64,000 nucleotides of DNA from assembly GCA_964399135.1 (NCBI GenBank), contig CAYNPL010000006.1:63741-127740 (forward strand), written 5' to 3'. The translations under genes were made by a program, and so were the position numbers. Of this stretch, positions 38,179 through 48,158 are shown in pieces. How positions within the stretch are numbered: the stretch's first letter is position 1; each line of letters opens with the position of its first letter. The DNA is from an uncultured Gaiellales bacterium (GTDB lineage Bacteria; Actinomycetota; Thermoleophilia; RBG-16-64-13). The notes under the pieces were generated by a model. The model did not search any database. It saw only the letters and a list, made by a program, of their open reading frames with translations, and was not told the DNA's origin.

Positions 38179-39027
38179 GTGGCGGTTGCGACGGACGAGC
38201 GGGATGGCATGAGCGACAGCGGAGCCCAGCAGAGACCGGCCGGGAGAGAGGCGCCTTCGGCGCCCGAGGCGGCCGGCCGCTTCACTGCGCCCGCCACCCG
38301 GCCCTCAGCGGGACCCGGCTCCGCTGCGGGGGGCGGCCGGCCCGCCCGGGCGGCTCGGCGGGCCGTCCTCGGTTTGGACGCCGTCTTGTCCCGGCTCTAT
38401 CGGGTGGAGGTCTTCGCCGACGACCCCGAATGCATTCTCAAGGTGGGAGCCGCTCCGGTCACCCTCGCCGCGCCTGTCGGCCTGTCCGACGGCACCCGGT
38501 TCGCCGCAGGGGACCCCATCATCGAGATCCACTTTTGGAACGAGCACCTGCCTCGCATCGAAGAGAGAGGGGCGGACCTGTGGTGGGGGAGGCAGTTCGG
38601 CCGCCGGCTGGCTCACTCCCTGCACCTCTTGGCCGTTGGGCCGGCGGAAGACGCCCGCTACCGGGGATTCGTCGCCCTCCATGGGGTGTTGGGCTTCATC
38701 CCGGAGGACGACGTGGACCTGACCAAGCGGCTGGCATCCCGTTTCGGCTTCACGCTCGAGTTGCGGGCGGCTCCCGGGCTGCGTTTCTGGCGGGGAGCCT
38801 TCTGGGGCGCGCTGTACTCCCGCTGGCTGATGTGGGCGTTCAACCCCCATACCCTGAGACGCAAACCGTTCCGCTCCTCGGCGTTGTGCGACCTGTGGAT
38901 GACCCGGGAGACCCTCCTGGGACGATACGGCGGGGTGCCTTCGCGCGGCCCCAACCGAGGGGCGGGCCCGGTAGGGGCGGGTCCGGTAGGGGCGGGGCTG
39001 GTAGAATCCCGCGGTGGTGATGCTGTG
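38179..39027 (+). CDS. YkoP-like domain protein with no in-frame stop before serC
   Basis: LSDGT...[36 protein letters not shown]; TAATGT 6 nt before GTG 38179. Confidence 0.65.
38959..39003 (+). repeat. Three imperfect 15-bp tandem repeats GGGGCGGG(C/T/G)C(C/T)GGTA
   Basis: GGGGCGGGCCCGGTA / GGGGCGGGTCCGGTA / GGGGCGGGGCTGGTA. Confidence 0.9.
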
Positions 39028-40176
39028 ATGAGACCGACGGTGAGGCCGCACAACCCCTGCTTCTCCTCCGGCCCCTGCGCCAAGCGCCCGGGCTGGACCC
39101 CGGCCGCCCTGGAGGGGGCGCTGGTGGGCCGATCGCATCGGTCCAAGGCAGGACGAGCCCGTATCCAAGAGGTTCTCGACCGCTCCCGCGCCCTGCTCGG
39201 GCTTCCCGACGATTACCGCATCGGCATCGTCCCCGCGTCCGACACCGGTGCCATGGAGATGGCCCTGTGGTCTCTGCTGGGGGCTAGGGGCGTCGACGCG
39301 CTGGCCTGGGAGAGCTTCGGTCAGGGCTGGGTGACCGACATCACCAAGCAGCTGAAGCTCTCCGACGTGCGGGTGTTCGCCGCTGAGTACGGGGACCTGC
39401 CGGACCTGGGCCTGGTGGACTGGACCCGCGATGTGGTGTTCACCTGGAACGGGACCACTTCCGGGGTGCGGGTGCCGGACGGGGACTGGATCCCCAGCGA
39501 GCGCGAAGGTCTCGCCATCTGCGATGCCACCTCGGCCGTCTTCGCCATGGACGTGCCCATCGCCAAGCTGGACGTGGTCACTTATTCCTGGCAGAAAGTG
39601 CTGGGCGGAGAGGGCCAGCACGGTGTGCTCATCCTCAGCCCCCGCGCGATCGAGCGCTTGACGACCTACAGACCTCCCTGGCCGCTGCCCAAGCTGTTCC
39701 GCATGACCAAGGGCGGGGAGTTCATGGAGGCCATCTTCAAAGCCGACACCATCAACACCCCGTCCCTGCTCTGTGTGGAGGACGCCTTAGACGGTCTTCG
39801 CTGGGCGGAAGGCATCGGAGGGCTGCCGGAACTGATACGGCGGAGCGAGGCGAACCTGGCCGCGGTGACTGCCTGGGTGGAGCGGGCCGGCTGGGTGGAC
39901 TTCCTGGCCCGGGACCCGCGCACCCGCTCCTGTACCTCCATCTGCCTCAGTATCGTGGACCCCTGGTTCGCCACCTTGCCGGCGGAAACCCGGGCTCAGG
40001 CGGCGAAGGGGGTGGCCTCTCTGCTGGAGGACGAGGGCGTGGCCTACGACATCGCCCCCTACCGGGAGGCTCCTCCCGGCCTGCGCCTGTGGGGCGGGGC
40101 CACGGTGGAACGTTCCGACCTGGAGGCCCTCTTCCCTTGGCTGGACTGGGCGTGGCGGGAGGTCAAGACCGCCTAG
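39028..40176 (+). CDS. serC: Phosphoserine aminotransferase (Methanosarcina/alphaproteobacterial type)
   Basis: [56 protein letters not shown]-like [17 protein letters not shown]. Confidence 0.93.
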   Translation: MRPTVRPHNPCFSSGPCAKRPGWTPAALEGALVGRSHRSKAGRARIQEVLDRSRALLGLPDDYRIGIVPASDTGAMEMALWSLLGARGVDALAWESFGQGWVTDITKQLKLSDVRVFAAEYGDLPDLGLVDWTRDVVFTWNGTTSGVRVPDGDWIPSEREGLAICDATSAVFAMDVPIAKLDVVTYSWQKVLGGEGQHGVLILSPRAIERLTTYRPPWPLPKLFRMTKGGEFMEAIFKADTINTPSLLCVEDALDGLRWAEGIGGLPELIRRSEANLAAVTAWVERAGWVDFLARDPRTRSCTSICLSIVDPWFATLPAETRAQAAKGVASLLEDEGVAYDIAPYREAPPGLRLWGGATVERSDLEALFPWLDWAWREVKTA

Positions 40177-42950
40177 CAGGTGGGGGCGGACCTCGCCGCG
40201 CGGTCGCGGCGCCGGCGGATGGCCTTCTCGATCTCGATCACCACGTGGATCAGGAGGGCCGAGCCGAGGATCCATCCCCAGCTGCCCGCCGGGATGGGGG
40301 CGGTCCCGAAGATGCTGTTCATGCCCGGGAGGTAGGTGTACAGCAACTGCAGGGCGAGCATCAGGCCTACTCCCCCCCACAGCAAGGGGTTGGTCCGCAT
40401 GCTCACCCGCCAGGAGGGCAGGTGCAGCGAGCGGCAGTTGAACAGGTAGAACATCTCTCCGAACACGAACACATTGTTGGCCACAGTGCGCGCCTGTTCC
40501 AGGCTGTATCCCAGTGCCTCTTCCATGTACTCGAAGAGGCCGTACGCTGCGATCAACAGTAGTACGCCCACGATCACGATGCGTCCGATGAGCACCCTGT
40601 CGAGGATGGGCGTGTCGGGTGCGCGGGGAGGCCTGAGCATGATCCCCTCCTCCTTGGCCTCGAAGGCGAGCATCAGACCCAGCAGCACGGCCGTGGTCAT
40701 GTTGATCCAGAGTATCTGCACCGGGGTGATGGGCAGCGAGATCCCGGCGAAGATGGCGGCAAGGATGACCAGGCCTTCGCCCAGGTTGGTAGGAAGCGTC
40801 CAGGTGATGAACTTGGTCAGGTTGTCGAAGACCCCGCGGCCCTCCTCCACCGCCGCCTCGATAGAAGCGAAGTTGTCGTCGGTGAGCACCATGTCGGCGG
40901 CCTCCTTGGCCACCTCGGTGCCGGAGACGCCCATGGCCACGCCTATGTCGGCTTGACGCAGGGCCGGGCCGTCGTTGACCCCGTCGCCGGTCATGGCGAC
41001 CACATGACCCCGGCTCTGCAGGGCGGTGACCAGCCGCAGTTTCTGCTCGGGTGTGACCCGGGCGAAGACGAAGGTCTCCTCGGCCACGCGGACCAGGTCT
41101 TCGTCACTGGTCTCGGCCAGTTCGGACCCTGTCACCGGCTGCGACTCGTCGCCGGCGGCGCATCCGGGCCGGCTCAGGTTCAGCTGGGCGGCGATGGCGG
41201 CCGCGGTCAAGGCGTGATCCCCGGTGATCATTTTCACCTGGATCCCGGCCGCGTGGCAGGCTTCGATGGCGGCGAGCGCCTCCCGGCGCGGAGGGTCGAT
41301 CATGCCCTGCAGGCCGAGGAACACCAGTCCCGTGTCGACGCTCTCGTGGGTGATCTCTTCGGTTCCGGGGGGCAGGGTCTTGTATGCGAAAGCGAGGACC
41401 CGCAGGCCCTGCGCCGCCATCTGGGCCGCCGCAGCTTCGATCTCGGCGGTCCGCAGGTCTTGCGTAGAACCGTCGCTTTCGATCTGCGTCGAGCAGCGGG
41501 CGAGCACCTTCTCCACCGCCCCTTTGACGTAGCTCAGGCGCCTCTCTCCGCCGGTGCCGTCCTCGCCGGACGAACGGGCCCGGTGGAGGGTGGCCATGTA
41601 TTGGTGCTCCGACTCGAAAGGCACCGTGTCCAGGCGGGGGAACGAGTGCTCCACCGCGTCCCGGCCCATCCCGGCCTTGGCGGCCGCCACGATGAGCGCT
41701 CCCTCCGTGGGATCACCACTGACGTGCCAGTGGCCCTCCTCTTGATAGACGGAACTGTCGTTGCAGAGGACTCCGGCCCTGAGAACCTCCACCAGGCCCG
41801 GGGGCAAAGCGGAGGGATCGACGGGATCTCCGGAGGGGGCGAGAAGCTCACCTTCGGGCAGGTACCCCACACCGGTCACCGAGAAGACGTCGTCGCTCAC
41901 CGCTATGCGTTGCACCGTCATCTGGTTCTCTGTCAACGTGCCGGTCTTGTCGGAGCAGATGACGGTGGTCGAGCCGAGGGTCTCCACCGCCGGCAGCTTG
42001 CGGATGATCGCCCGCCGCCGGGCCATGCGCGACACCCCGATGGCCAACGTGATGGTCACGGCCGCGGGAAGACCCTCAGGGATCGCTCCCACAGCCAGGG
42101 CCACCGCCGCCATGAACATGTCGACGGGCGACTCACCGCGCGCAATCCCGACCAGAGCGGTGACAACGGCCAACGCCAGGATGACGTACAGCAGGATCTT
42201 GCTGAAGGCGGCGATCTTGCGGGTGAGCGGGGTCTTGAGCTCTTCGGCCTCGGCGATGAGGTGCGAGATGCGGCCCACCTCGGTGTTGTCGCCGGTGGTC
42301 ACCACGACGCCGGTGCCCTGCCCGGCCGCGGTCAGCGTGGAGGCGTACACCATGTTGGAGCGGTCGGCGAGGACTGTGTCCAACGCCAAGGGGTCGGTCT
42401 GCTTCTCCACCGGCAACGATTCTCCGGTGAGGGCGGACTCGTCTACGCGGAGGTCCCTCGAATAGGTGAGCCGGATGTCGGCGGGGATCTTGTCGCCCGC
42501 CTGGATGGCCACCACGTCTCCGGGCACCAGTTGCGAAGCGGGGATCACCGTGCGCTGGCCCTCACGCACCACCGTGGTCTCCACGGTCATCGCCTTGGCG
42601 AGCGCTTCGATGGCCTTGACGGCCTTGGTCTCCTGAAGGTATCCGATGAGCGCGTTGATGATCACCACGCCGAAGATCACAGCAGCGTCCACCCACTCTT
42701 GGAGGAACGCGGTGACCGCACCGGCCACGATCAAGATGAGCACGAGTGGTTGGGTGAACTGCGCGAGCAGCCTTCTAAGGGCGCTGGGGCCCTTGCGCGG
42801 CGTGATGGTGTTCGGGCCGTACCGGGCCAGTCGAGCCTCGACCTCTGCCCGGGTCAGCCCCGAATCGGGGTCGGTGCCGAGGGTGGAGAGGGTCTCGGCG
42901 ATTGTGTACCGGTGCCACTCGGGGCCCGGTCCGGTCTGAGGTCCTGGCAT
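40173..42950 (-). CDS. P-type IIA cation (Ca2+-like) transporting ATPase
   Basis: [35 protein letters not shown]. Confidence 0.95.
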   Translation of the reverse strand: MPGPQTGPGPEWHRYTIAETLSTLGTDPDSGLTRAEVEARLARYGPNTITPRKGPSALRRLLAQFTQPLVLILIVAGAVTAFLQEWVDAAVIFGVVIINALIGYLQETKAVKAIEALAKAMTVETTVVREGQRTVIPASQLVPGDVVAIQAGDKIPADIRLTYSRDLRVDESALTGESLPVEKQTDPLALDTVLADRSNMVYASTLTAAGQGTGVVVTTGDNTEVGRISHLIAEAEELKTPLTRKIAAFSKILLYVILALAVVTALVGIARGESPVDMFMAAVALAVGAIPEGLPAAVTITLAIGVSRMARRRAIIRKLPAVETLGSTTVICSDKTGTLTENQMTVQRIAVSDDVFSVTGVGYLPEGELLAPSGDPVDPSALPPGLVEVLRAGVLCNDSSVYQEEGHWHVSGDPTEGALIVAAAKAGMGRDAVEHSFPRLDTVPFESEHQYMATLHRARSSGEDGTGGERRLSYVKGAVEKVLARCSTQIESDGSTQDLRTAEIEAAAAQMAAQGLRVLAFAYKTLPPGTEEITHESVDTGLVFLGLQGMIDPPRREALAAIEACHAAGIQVKMITGDHALTAAAIAAQLNLSRPGCAAGDESQPVTGSELAETSDEDLVRVAEETFVFARVTPEQKLRLVTALQSRGHVVAMTGDGVNDGPALRQADIGVAMGVSGTEVAKEAADMVLTDDNFASIEAAVEEGRGVFDNLTKFITWTLPTNLGEGLVILAAIFAGISLPITPVQILWINMTTAVLLGLMLAFEAKEEGIMLRPPRAPDTPILDRVLIGRIVIVGVLLLIAAYGLFEYMEEALGYSLEQARTVANNVFVFGEMFYLFNCRSLHLPSWRVSMRTNPLLWGGVGLMLALQLLYTYLPGMNSIFGTAPIPAGSWGWILGSALLIHVVIEIEKAIRRRRDRAARSAPTC

Positions 42951-43057
42951 TTGCATCCTGCCTGACGTCGCGCGCGCGCGGCGGCACGCTGTGAACACGA
43001 AGCCGGCCGTCCGGCCGGGGTCGAGGGCTCTGCTAACGGCTCCGGTTCAGTCTACGG

Positions 43058-43351
43058 TCAGCTCTGGTCGGCGCCGGTCTTGGTAGCGTCGACCTTGGCT
43101 GCAGTCTCGGCAGGCGCAGGCTCGGTCTTGGTGACCGTCTCCTTGGGCGCGGTGGCGGCGTCACTGTCGACGGTGACGTCGTCCTTCATGGCCGTCTTCA
43201 ACTCTTCCTGGCTCTCTTTGAGGCCTCTCTTGAAGCCGGAGATAGAGCGACCGAGCGAAGAACCGAGATCGGGCAGCTTCTTAGGCCCGAAGATGAGCAG
43301 GGCCAACACCAAGACTATCGCGATCTCCCATGGTCCGATCCAACTGGGCAT
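43058..43351 (-). CDS. tatA: Twin-arginine translocase TatA/TatE
   Basis: IGPWEIAIVLVLALLIFGPKKLPDLGSSLGRSISGFK. Confidence 0.93.
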   Translation of the reverse strand: MPSWIGPWEIAIVLVLALLIFGPKKLPDLGSSLGRSISGFKRGLKESQEELKTAMKDDVTVDSDAATAPKETVTKTEPAPAETAAKVDATKTGADQS

Positions 43352-43509
43352 CAAACACTCTCCTCGTACGAACTCGTGGAATCGGAACTGCGGTATTATC
43401 GCACGCTTCCACCGCGGCCGTCTGAACAGAGCCTGACCAGGGCCGGACGACGGTCTGCTTGACCCTCGGGCCGCCGGCCGGCGCCGGTCTCCGCCCGGTC
43501 GTCACGAGC

Positions 43510-45750
43510 TCACAAGAACTCCTTGAGCCGCCGTCTGATGTCTTCGCTGGTGACCCGGCTCTCCGCACCGAAGTCCGCGAGCGGCTTTGACCCGGCCGAG
43601 TCGGTCCACGGCTGCGTGCACGCGGCCTGAGACTGTTCGAAAAGGCCGCGCACATCTTCGGGGAGGAAGCGGGTGACCTGGGCGTAGCCGTGCACATCGC
43701 TGAAGGTGCGCGGGTAGGAGTAATAGCGGAGGGGATGGTAGACGTAGAGCCAGTCCTTGGCCCGGGTCAGCGCCACGTAGAACAGGCGGCGCTCCTCCTC
43801 GATCTCCTCCAGCCGGCCGGTGGCCATGTCGGAAGGGATGTTGCCGTCGGCCGCGTGAATGACATACACCACCTCCCATTCCAATCCCTTGGCCGAGTGC
43901 ATGGTGGACAGGATGAGGTAGTCCTCGTCGAGCAGGGGCGGGCCGGCCAGGTCTTCGGAATAGGCGGGAGGATCAAGGGCGATCTCGGCCAGGAAGCGGG
44001 ATCTGTCGGGGAAGCGGGTGGCCAGCTGCTCCAGTTGTTGCAGGTCCATGAGGCGGGCGCGGGCATTGTCGTAGAGACGCTCAAGAAGCGGCGCATAGAA
44101 GAGCCTGATGCGTTGGATCTGCGAAGCGAGGTCGCCTGGGCTGCGCCCCCCGATGCCGGACATGAGCGACAGGAACCCCGGCCACGCGCCCGCCGCCGCG
44201 GGAGAGGGCGCGGGACAGTCCGCCCAGGCGGCGAAGCCACTGCTGGCAGCTGCGGCCTGGGACGTTCCCTCGGCCCTGTCCCGCCGGTCGGCCGGCATCG
44301 CCGCCGGACCGGCGGCCGCTGACCGGTCCATGAGGGCCCTGGCCTTCTTGGGGCCCACGCCGGGCAGCAGCATCAGCACCCGCGTACCCGCCATCAGGTC
44401 GCGGGGGTTCTCCGCCAGCCGCAGGAAAGCGAGCAGGTCCTTGACATGAGCGGTCTCGATGAAGCGGAGGCCGCCGTACTTGCGGAAGGGGATGTTGCGC
44501 CGGGCCAGCTCCAGTTCCAGGGCCAGGCTGTGATGGGAGGCGCGGAAAAGCACGGCCTGACGGCGCAGGGCCAAGCCGGCCTCCCGGTGTTCGAGGACAC
44601 GACGGATGACGGCCTCGGTCTGCTCGTCCTCGTCTTCGCAACAGACCACCTGTGGCTTGGCCCCGTCCTTGCGCTGGGACCACAAGTGTTTGGCGTGGCG
44701 TTCGGCCGCCTGGGCGATGACCGCATTGGTGGCATCGAGGAGGGGCTGGGTGCTGCGGTAGTTCTGTTCGAGGGTGATGACGGTGGTGCCGGGGAAGTGG
44801 CGGGGGAAGTCGAGGATGTTCCTGACCGTGGCCGCCCGGAAGGAGTAGATGGCCTGAGCGTCGTCTCCCACGACGGTGAGACCTCGGCCTTGAGGCCGCA
44901 GCATCTGCAGGATCTCGGCCTGCAACGCGTTGGTGTCCTGGTACTCGTCCACCAGGACGCAGTCGAAGCGGCGGCGGATGGAGGCTCCCGCTCTGGGATC
45001 GGCCAGCAAGCCATGCCAGAACAGAAGCAGGTCGTCATAGTCGAGCACGTTCTGCGCCCCTTTGCGGTCGACGTAGGCGGAGAAGAGCCGGCGCAGGTCT
45101 TCCACCTCGTCCCGACACCAGGGGAAATGCTTCTCCACGGCTTCGTCGACGGGTTCGCGGGCGTTGACACAGCGGCTGTAGATCTCGATGCAGGTGCCCT
45201 TGAGTGGGAAACGGCGGTCGCTCTTGGCCAAGCCAAGCTCGGTGCGAAGCACGCCCATGAGGTCTTCGGCATCACCGCGGTCGAGGATCGTGAAGGCGGG
45301 GTCGAGGCCGATGGCGCGTCCGTGCAGGCGCAGCAGCCGGGTGGCGGTCGCGTGGAACGTGCCGCCCCACACTCTGCCCGCCACCCTGCCGGGGACCGCC
45401 CGGGCCGCGGCGCCCGCGTGGCCGGGCCCCGGTGGGCGGGGCTCCAGGGCGGCGGCGTCGCCGGCTCCGCCGGACTCCGCCGCCGCCCGCGACTCTAGCT
45501 CCAGGCGGCGCAGGATTCCCTCCACCCGGCGCAACATCTCCGCCGCCGCCCGCCGGGTGAAGGTGAGCAAGAGGATGCGGCTGGGATCGGTGCCGGTGGC
45601 GATGCGGTAGGCCACGCGATGGGCCAGGGTGGCGGTCTTGCCGGTGCCGGCCCCGGCCACGACCAAGAGAGGCTCGTCGCCGTGGCGGACCGCGAGCCGC
45701 TGCTGCTCGTTGAGGTCGGCGAGGATGGTGTCGATGGGGGCGGCCGGCAT
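43510..45750 (-). CDS. UvrD/Rep-family ATP-dependent helicase
   Basis: LVVAGAGTGKT, LLTFTRRAA, TFHA, LVDEYQD, GDDAQAIYSFR, QNYRS, STMHSAKGLEW, EERRLFYVALTRA. Confidence 0.95.
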   Translation of the reverse strand: MPAAPIDTILADLNEQQRLAVRHGDEPLLVVAGAGTGKTATLAHRVAYRIATGTDPSRILLLTFTRRAAAEMLRRVEGILRRLELESRAAAESGGAGDAAALEPRPPGPGHAGAAARAVPGRVAGRVWGGTFHATATRLLRLHGRAIGLDPAFTILDRGDAEDLMGVLRTELGLAKSDRRFPLKGTCIEIYSRCVNAREPVDEAVEKHFPWCRDEVEDLRRLFSAYVDRKGAQNVLDYDDLLLFWHGLLADPRAGASIRRRFDCVLVDEYQDTNALQAEILQMLRPQGRGLTVVGDDAQAIYSFRAATVRNILDFPRHFPGTTVITLEQNYRSTQPLLDATNAVIAQAAERHAKHLWSQRKDGAKPQVVCCEDEDEQTEAVIRRVLEHREAGLALRRQAVLFRASHHSLALELELARRNIPFRKYGGLRFIETAHVKDLLAFLRLAENPRDLMAGTRVLMLLPGVGPKKARALMDRSAAAGPAAMPADRRDRAEGTSQAAAASSGFAAWADCPAPSPAAAGAWPGFLSLMSGIGGRSPGDLASQIQRIRLFYAPLLERLYDNARARLMDLQQLEQLATRFPDRSRFLAEIALDPPAYSEDLAGPPLLDEDYLILSTMHSAKGLEWEVVYVIHAADGNIPSDMATGRLEEIEEERRLFYVALTRAKDWLYVYHPLRYYSYPRTFSDVHGYAQVTRFLPEDVRGLFEQSQAACTQPWTDSAGSKPLADFGAESRVTSEDIRRRLKEFL

Positions 45751-45775
45751 GGTAGCTCCAAGCATACAGGCCCGG

Positions 45776-45805
45776 GCGGACGGGGTCCGCGCGGACCCCG
45801 TCCGC
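45776..45805. repeat. Perfect 30-bp palindrome between the MFS stop codon and the helicase promoter
   Basis: GCGGACGGGGTCCGC|GCGGACCCCGTCCGC. Confidence 0.9.
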
Positions 45806-45869
45806 GGACCGGCCCGCCCGGCCCAGGGGCGGCCGCGCCGCGGCGCCCGGCCGTCGCGGCGCCCGGCCG

Positions 45870-47147
45870 CTACATCGGGGGCGCCACCACCTGCGCGTCC
45901 GGGGTGCACGCTTCCACCCCAGCCCGCCTTCCCGGCTTGCCCGGCGCCCAGCGCAGCAGCAGCATCCCGATCGCGCCCAGGAAGGCCACGCCGGCGGCCA
46001 TCAAGTAGCTGGTAGTGAACGTGGGCAGAGCGTCGGCCAGCCTGCCGGCGACGTACGGTCCGGCCGCCTGTCCGAAACCATGGAACACGGTGAGGAAGCC
46101 GTAGGCGGCCGGAGCCATGAGCGGACCCACGATGTCGCCGCAGGCGACGGCCATGATGGCGGGGATGCCCCAGGCGGTGAGGCCGAACAGTACGGCGGAG
46201 AGGGTGAGGCCGGCGGTGTCGGTCCAGACCGCGAAGAGCGCATACGAGACCGATTGGATGAAGAGGATGATCATCATCGCCCACTTGCGGCCGATGGCGT
46301 CGGCGGTCCACCCCCAGAGCACCCCGCAGACCAGGCTCGACCAGCCAAGGACCATGAACATGGTGCCGGCGCTCTCCGGACTGTAGCCCACGTCGGCGAT
46401 GAGCCTCTTGGTGAAGAAGGTCATGTAGGCCATGTAGGCGAAACCGAACATGAAGTAGACGATGCCCAGGTGCCAGAGCCGGCCCGAGAGGTAGATCCTC
46501 TTCCAATCGCCCGCCCTCTTGGTCGTCACGGGGCCGTGGTCGTCAGGCCGGTATCCGGGGCGGTCGCGTATGACCAAGAAGCTGACGATGGCGACGACGC
46601 CGACCACGGCCGCCAGTATCAACCAGGCCATGCGCCAGCCGTCCTCGCCGAACTGATTGATGATGAACGGCACCAGCGGGCCCACCAGAACCAACCCCAC
46701 CGAACACCCGGTGGCCACCACACCCGTGACGATGCCGCGCCGCCGCTGCGTGAACCATAGCGCGACCAAGGTATGGGCGGGGACGTTCGAGCCTGCCGCT
46801 CCGACGCCCGACAGGAACCGTCCGCCCAAGGCCTGCGGGTAGTTCGCGGCGAGTCCCGTGATCACCATGCCCAGGCAGGCCAGCAGCAACCCCCCGGCGA
46901 TGACCCGGCGGGGGCCGAACCGCGAAGCGAGCGCACCTCCCACCAGGGCCATGGCCATGTAGCCGGCCAGGTTGGCGGTGGCCAGACCACCGGCCTGGGT
47001 GTTGCTGAGGCTCAGCCCTTCCTGCATCGAAGGCAGGATCGAGGTATAGCTGAAGCGGGAGAGGCCGAGGGCCGCGAAGACGACCAGTGCGGCCGTGCCC
47101 AGGATCGCCCATCGGTAGCGGGGGCCGGGACCTGCTGCGGCTTCCAT
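45870..47147 (-). CDS. MFS transporter (YbfB/YjiJ family)
   Basis: GLSRFSYT.ILP.MQ..L.LS..QAG.LA.AN.AGY; about 12 TM helices. Confidence 0.9.
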   Translation of the reverse strand: MEAAAGPGPRYRWAILGTAALVVFAALGLSRFSYTSILPSMQEGLSLSNTQAGGLATANLAGYMAMALVGGALASRFGPRRVIAGGLLLACLGMVITGLAANYPQALGGRFLSGVGAAGSNVPAHTLVALWFTQRRRGIVTGVVATGCSVGLVLVGPLVPFIINQFGEDGWRMAWLILAAVVGVVAIVSFLVIRDRPGYRPDDHGPVTTKRAGDWKRIYLSGRLWHLGIVYFMFGFAYMAYMTFFTKRLIADVGYSPESAGTMFMVLGWSSLVCGVLWGWTADAIGRKWAMMIILFIQSVSYALFAVWTDTAGLTLSAVLFGLTAWGIPAIMAVACGDIVGPLMAPAAYGFLTVFHGFGQAAGPYVAGRLADALPTFTTSYLMAAGVAFLGAIGMLLLRWAPGKPGRRAGVEACTPDAQVVAPPM

Positions 47148-47295
47148 CCACGCCCTTTCGTGTCGGTGGCGCCGGGTGGCGCCCTTCCCCACGAGGGCGC
47201 GAAACCTCCGCCTTAGGATACTACGACGGTTTGGCGACCGGGAGTCTGGGTACGTCTGGAGCAACGCAGTGCGAGCCGGTCAGGAGGTCTCGGCC

Positions 47296-48102
47296 GTGAA
47301 GATGATCTGGAAAGGCGCCGTCTCCTTCGGTCTCATCACCATCCCCGTGCGTCTCTATCCCGCCGTCCAGGAGAAGACCGTCGCCTTCCATCAACTCCAC
47401 GACCGGGACGGTGGCCGTATCTTCTACACCCGGACCTGCTCCTTGTGTGGGGAAGAGGTCCCCTACGACCACGTCGTCCGCGGTTATGAATACGAAAAAG
47501 GACGGTACGTCGCTCTGAGCGACCAGGACCTGCTCGCGGTACGGGCCCGCTCCTCTCGTACCATCGACCTTATCCAGTTCGTCGACCTGGCCTCCGTCGA
47601 CCCCGTCTACTTCCAGAAGCCCTACTACCTGGAGCCGGAGGAAGTGGGCCTGAAGGCGTACCAGTTGCTGCGGCAGGCCATGGAGGCGGCCGGCAAGGTG
47701 GCGGTGGGCAAGCTGGCGCTCCACGCCAAGGAGCACCTGGTGAGCATCCGTCCCTACCGAGAGCTGCTCGTGCTCGAGACCATGAACTGGCCCGACGAGA
47801 TCAGAGAGGCCGGTTTCCCCGTCCTGGCCCAAGAGCCCGGGGTGCGGCCACAGGAGCTGGTGATGGCCAAGACTCTGGTGGAGAGCCTCTCGGCCGAGTG
47901 GCGACCGGAGGACCTCCGCGACGAGTACCGGGACGCTCTCCTCACGCTCATCGCTGAGAAGGTGGCCGGACTGCCGGTGGAGGTGGAGGAGGAGCCGGCG
48001 CCGGCCGCAGGCCGGCCCGGCGAGGTGGTCGATTTCATGGCCGCTCTGCAGGCCAGCATCGCTGCGGCCAAAGCGCGGACTGCGGGCGGCGGCGCGGGCT
48101 GA
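47296..48102 (+). CDS. ku: Prokaryotic Ku (NHEJ DNA end-binding protein)
   Basis: IWKGAVSFGLITIPVRLY, VRGYEYEKG.YV, PYYL.P, D.YR..L..LI..K, VVDFMAAL.ASI; GTG start with AGGAGG RBS. Confidence 0.95.
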   Translation: MKMIWKGAVSFGLITIPVRLYPAVQEKTVAFHQLHDRDGGRIFYTRTCSLCGEEVPYDHVVRGYEYEKGRYVALSDQDLLAVRARSSRTIDLIQFVDLASVDPVYFQKPYYLEPEEVGLKAYQLLRQAMEAAGKVAVGKLALHAKEHLVSIRPYRELLVLETMNWPDEIREAGFPVLAQEPGVRPQELVMAKTLVESLSAEWRPEDLRDEYRDALLTLIAEKVAGLPVEVEEEPAPAAGRPGEVVDFMAALQASIAAAKARTAGGGAG

Positions 48103-48158
48103 GAGTGCCCCTTCGGGGCCGCCGGGGTCCTCGTGCGGTCCGCCTCAGCCGCCCCGGC

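Noticed and set aside
45751-46506. 998-aa helicase ORF; likewise the 553-aa ligase, 696-aa ThDP-enzyme and 840-aa XDH ORFs
   Set aside because: The extensions run through neighbouring genes in another frame; conserved domains begin at 45750, 50986, 32821 and 5751.
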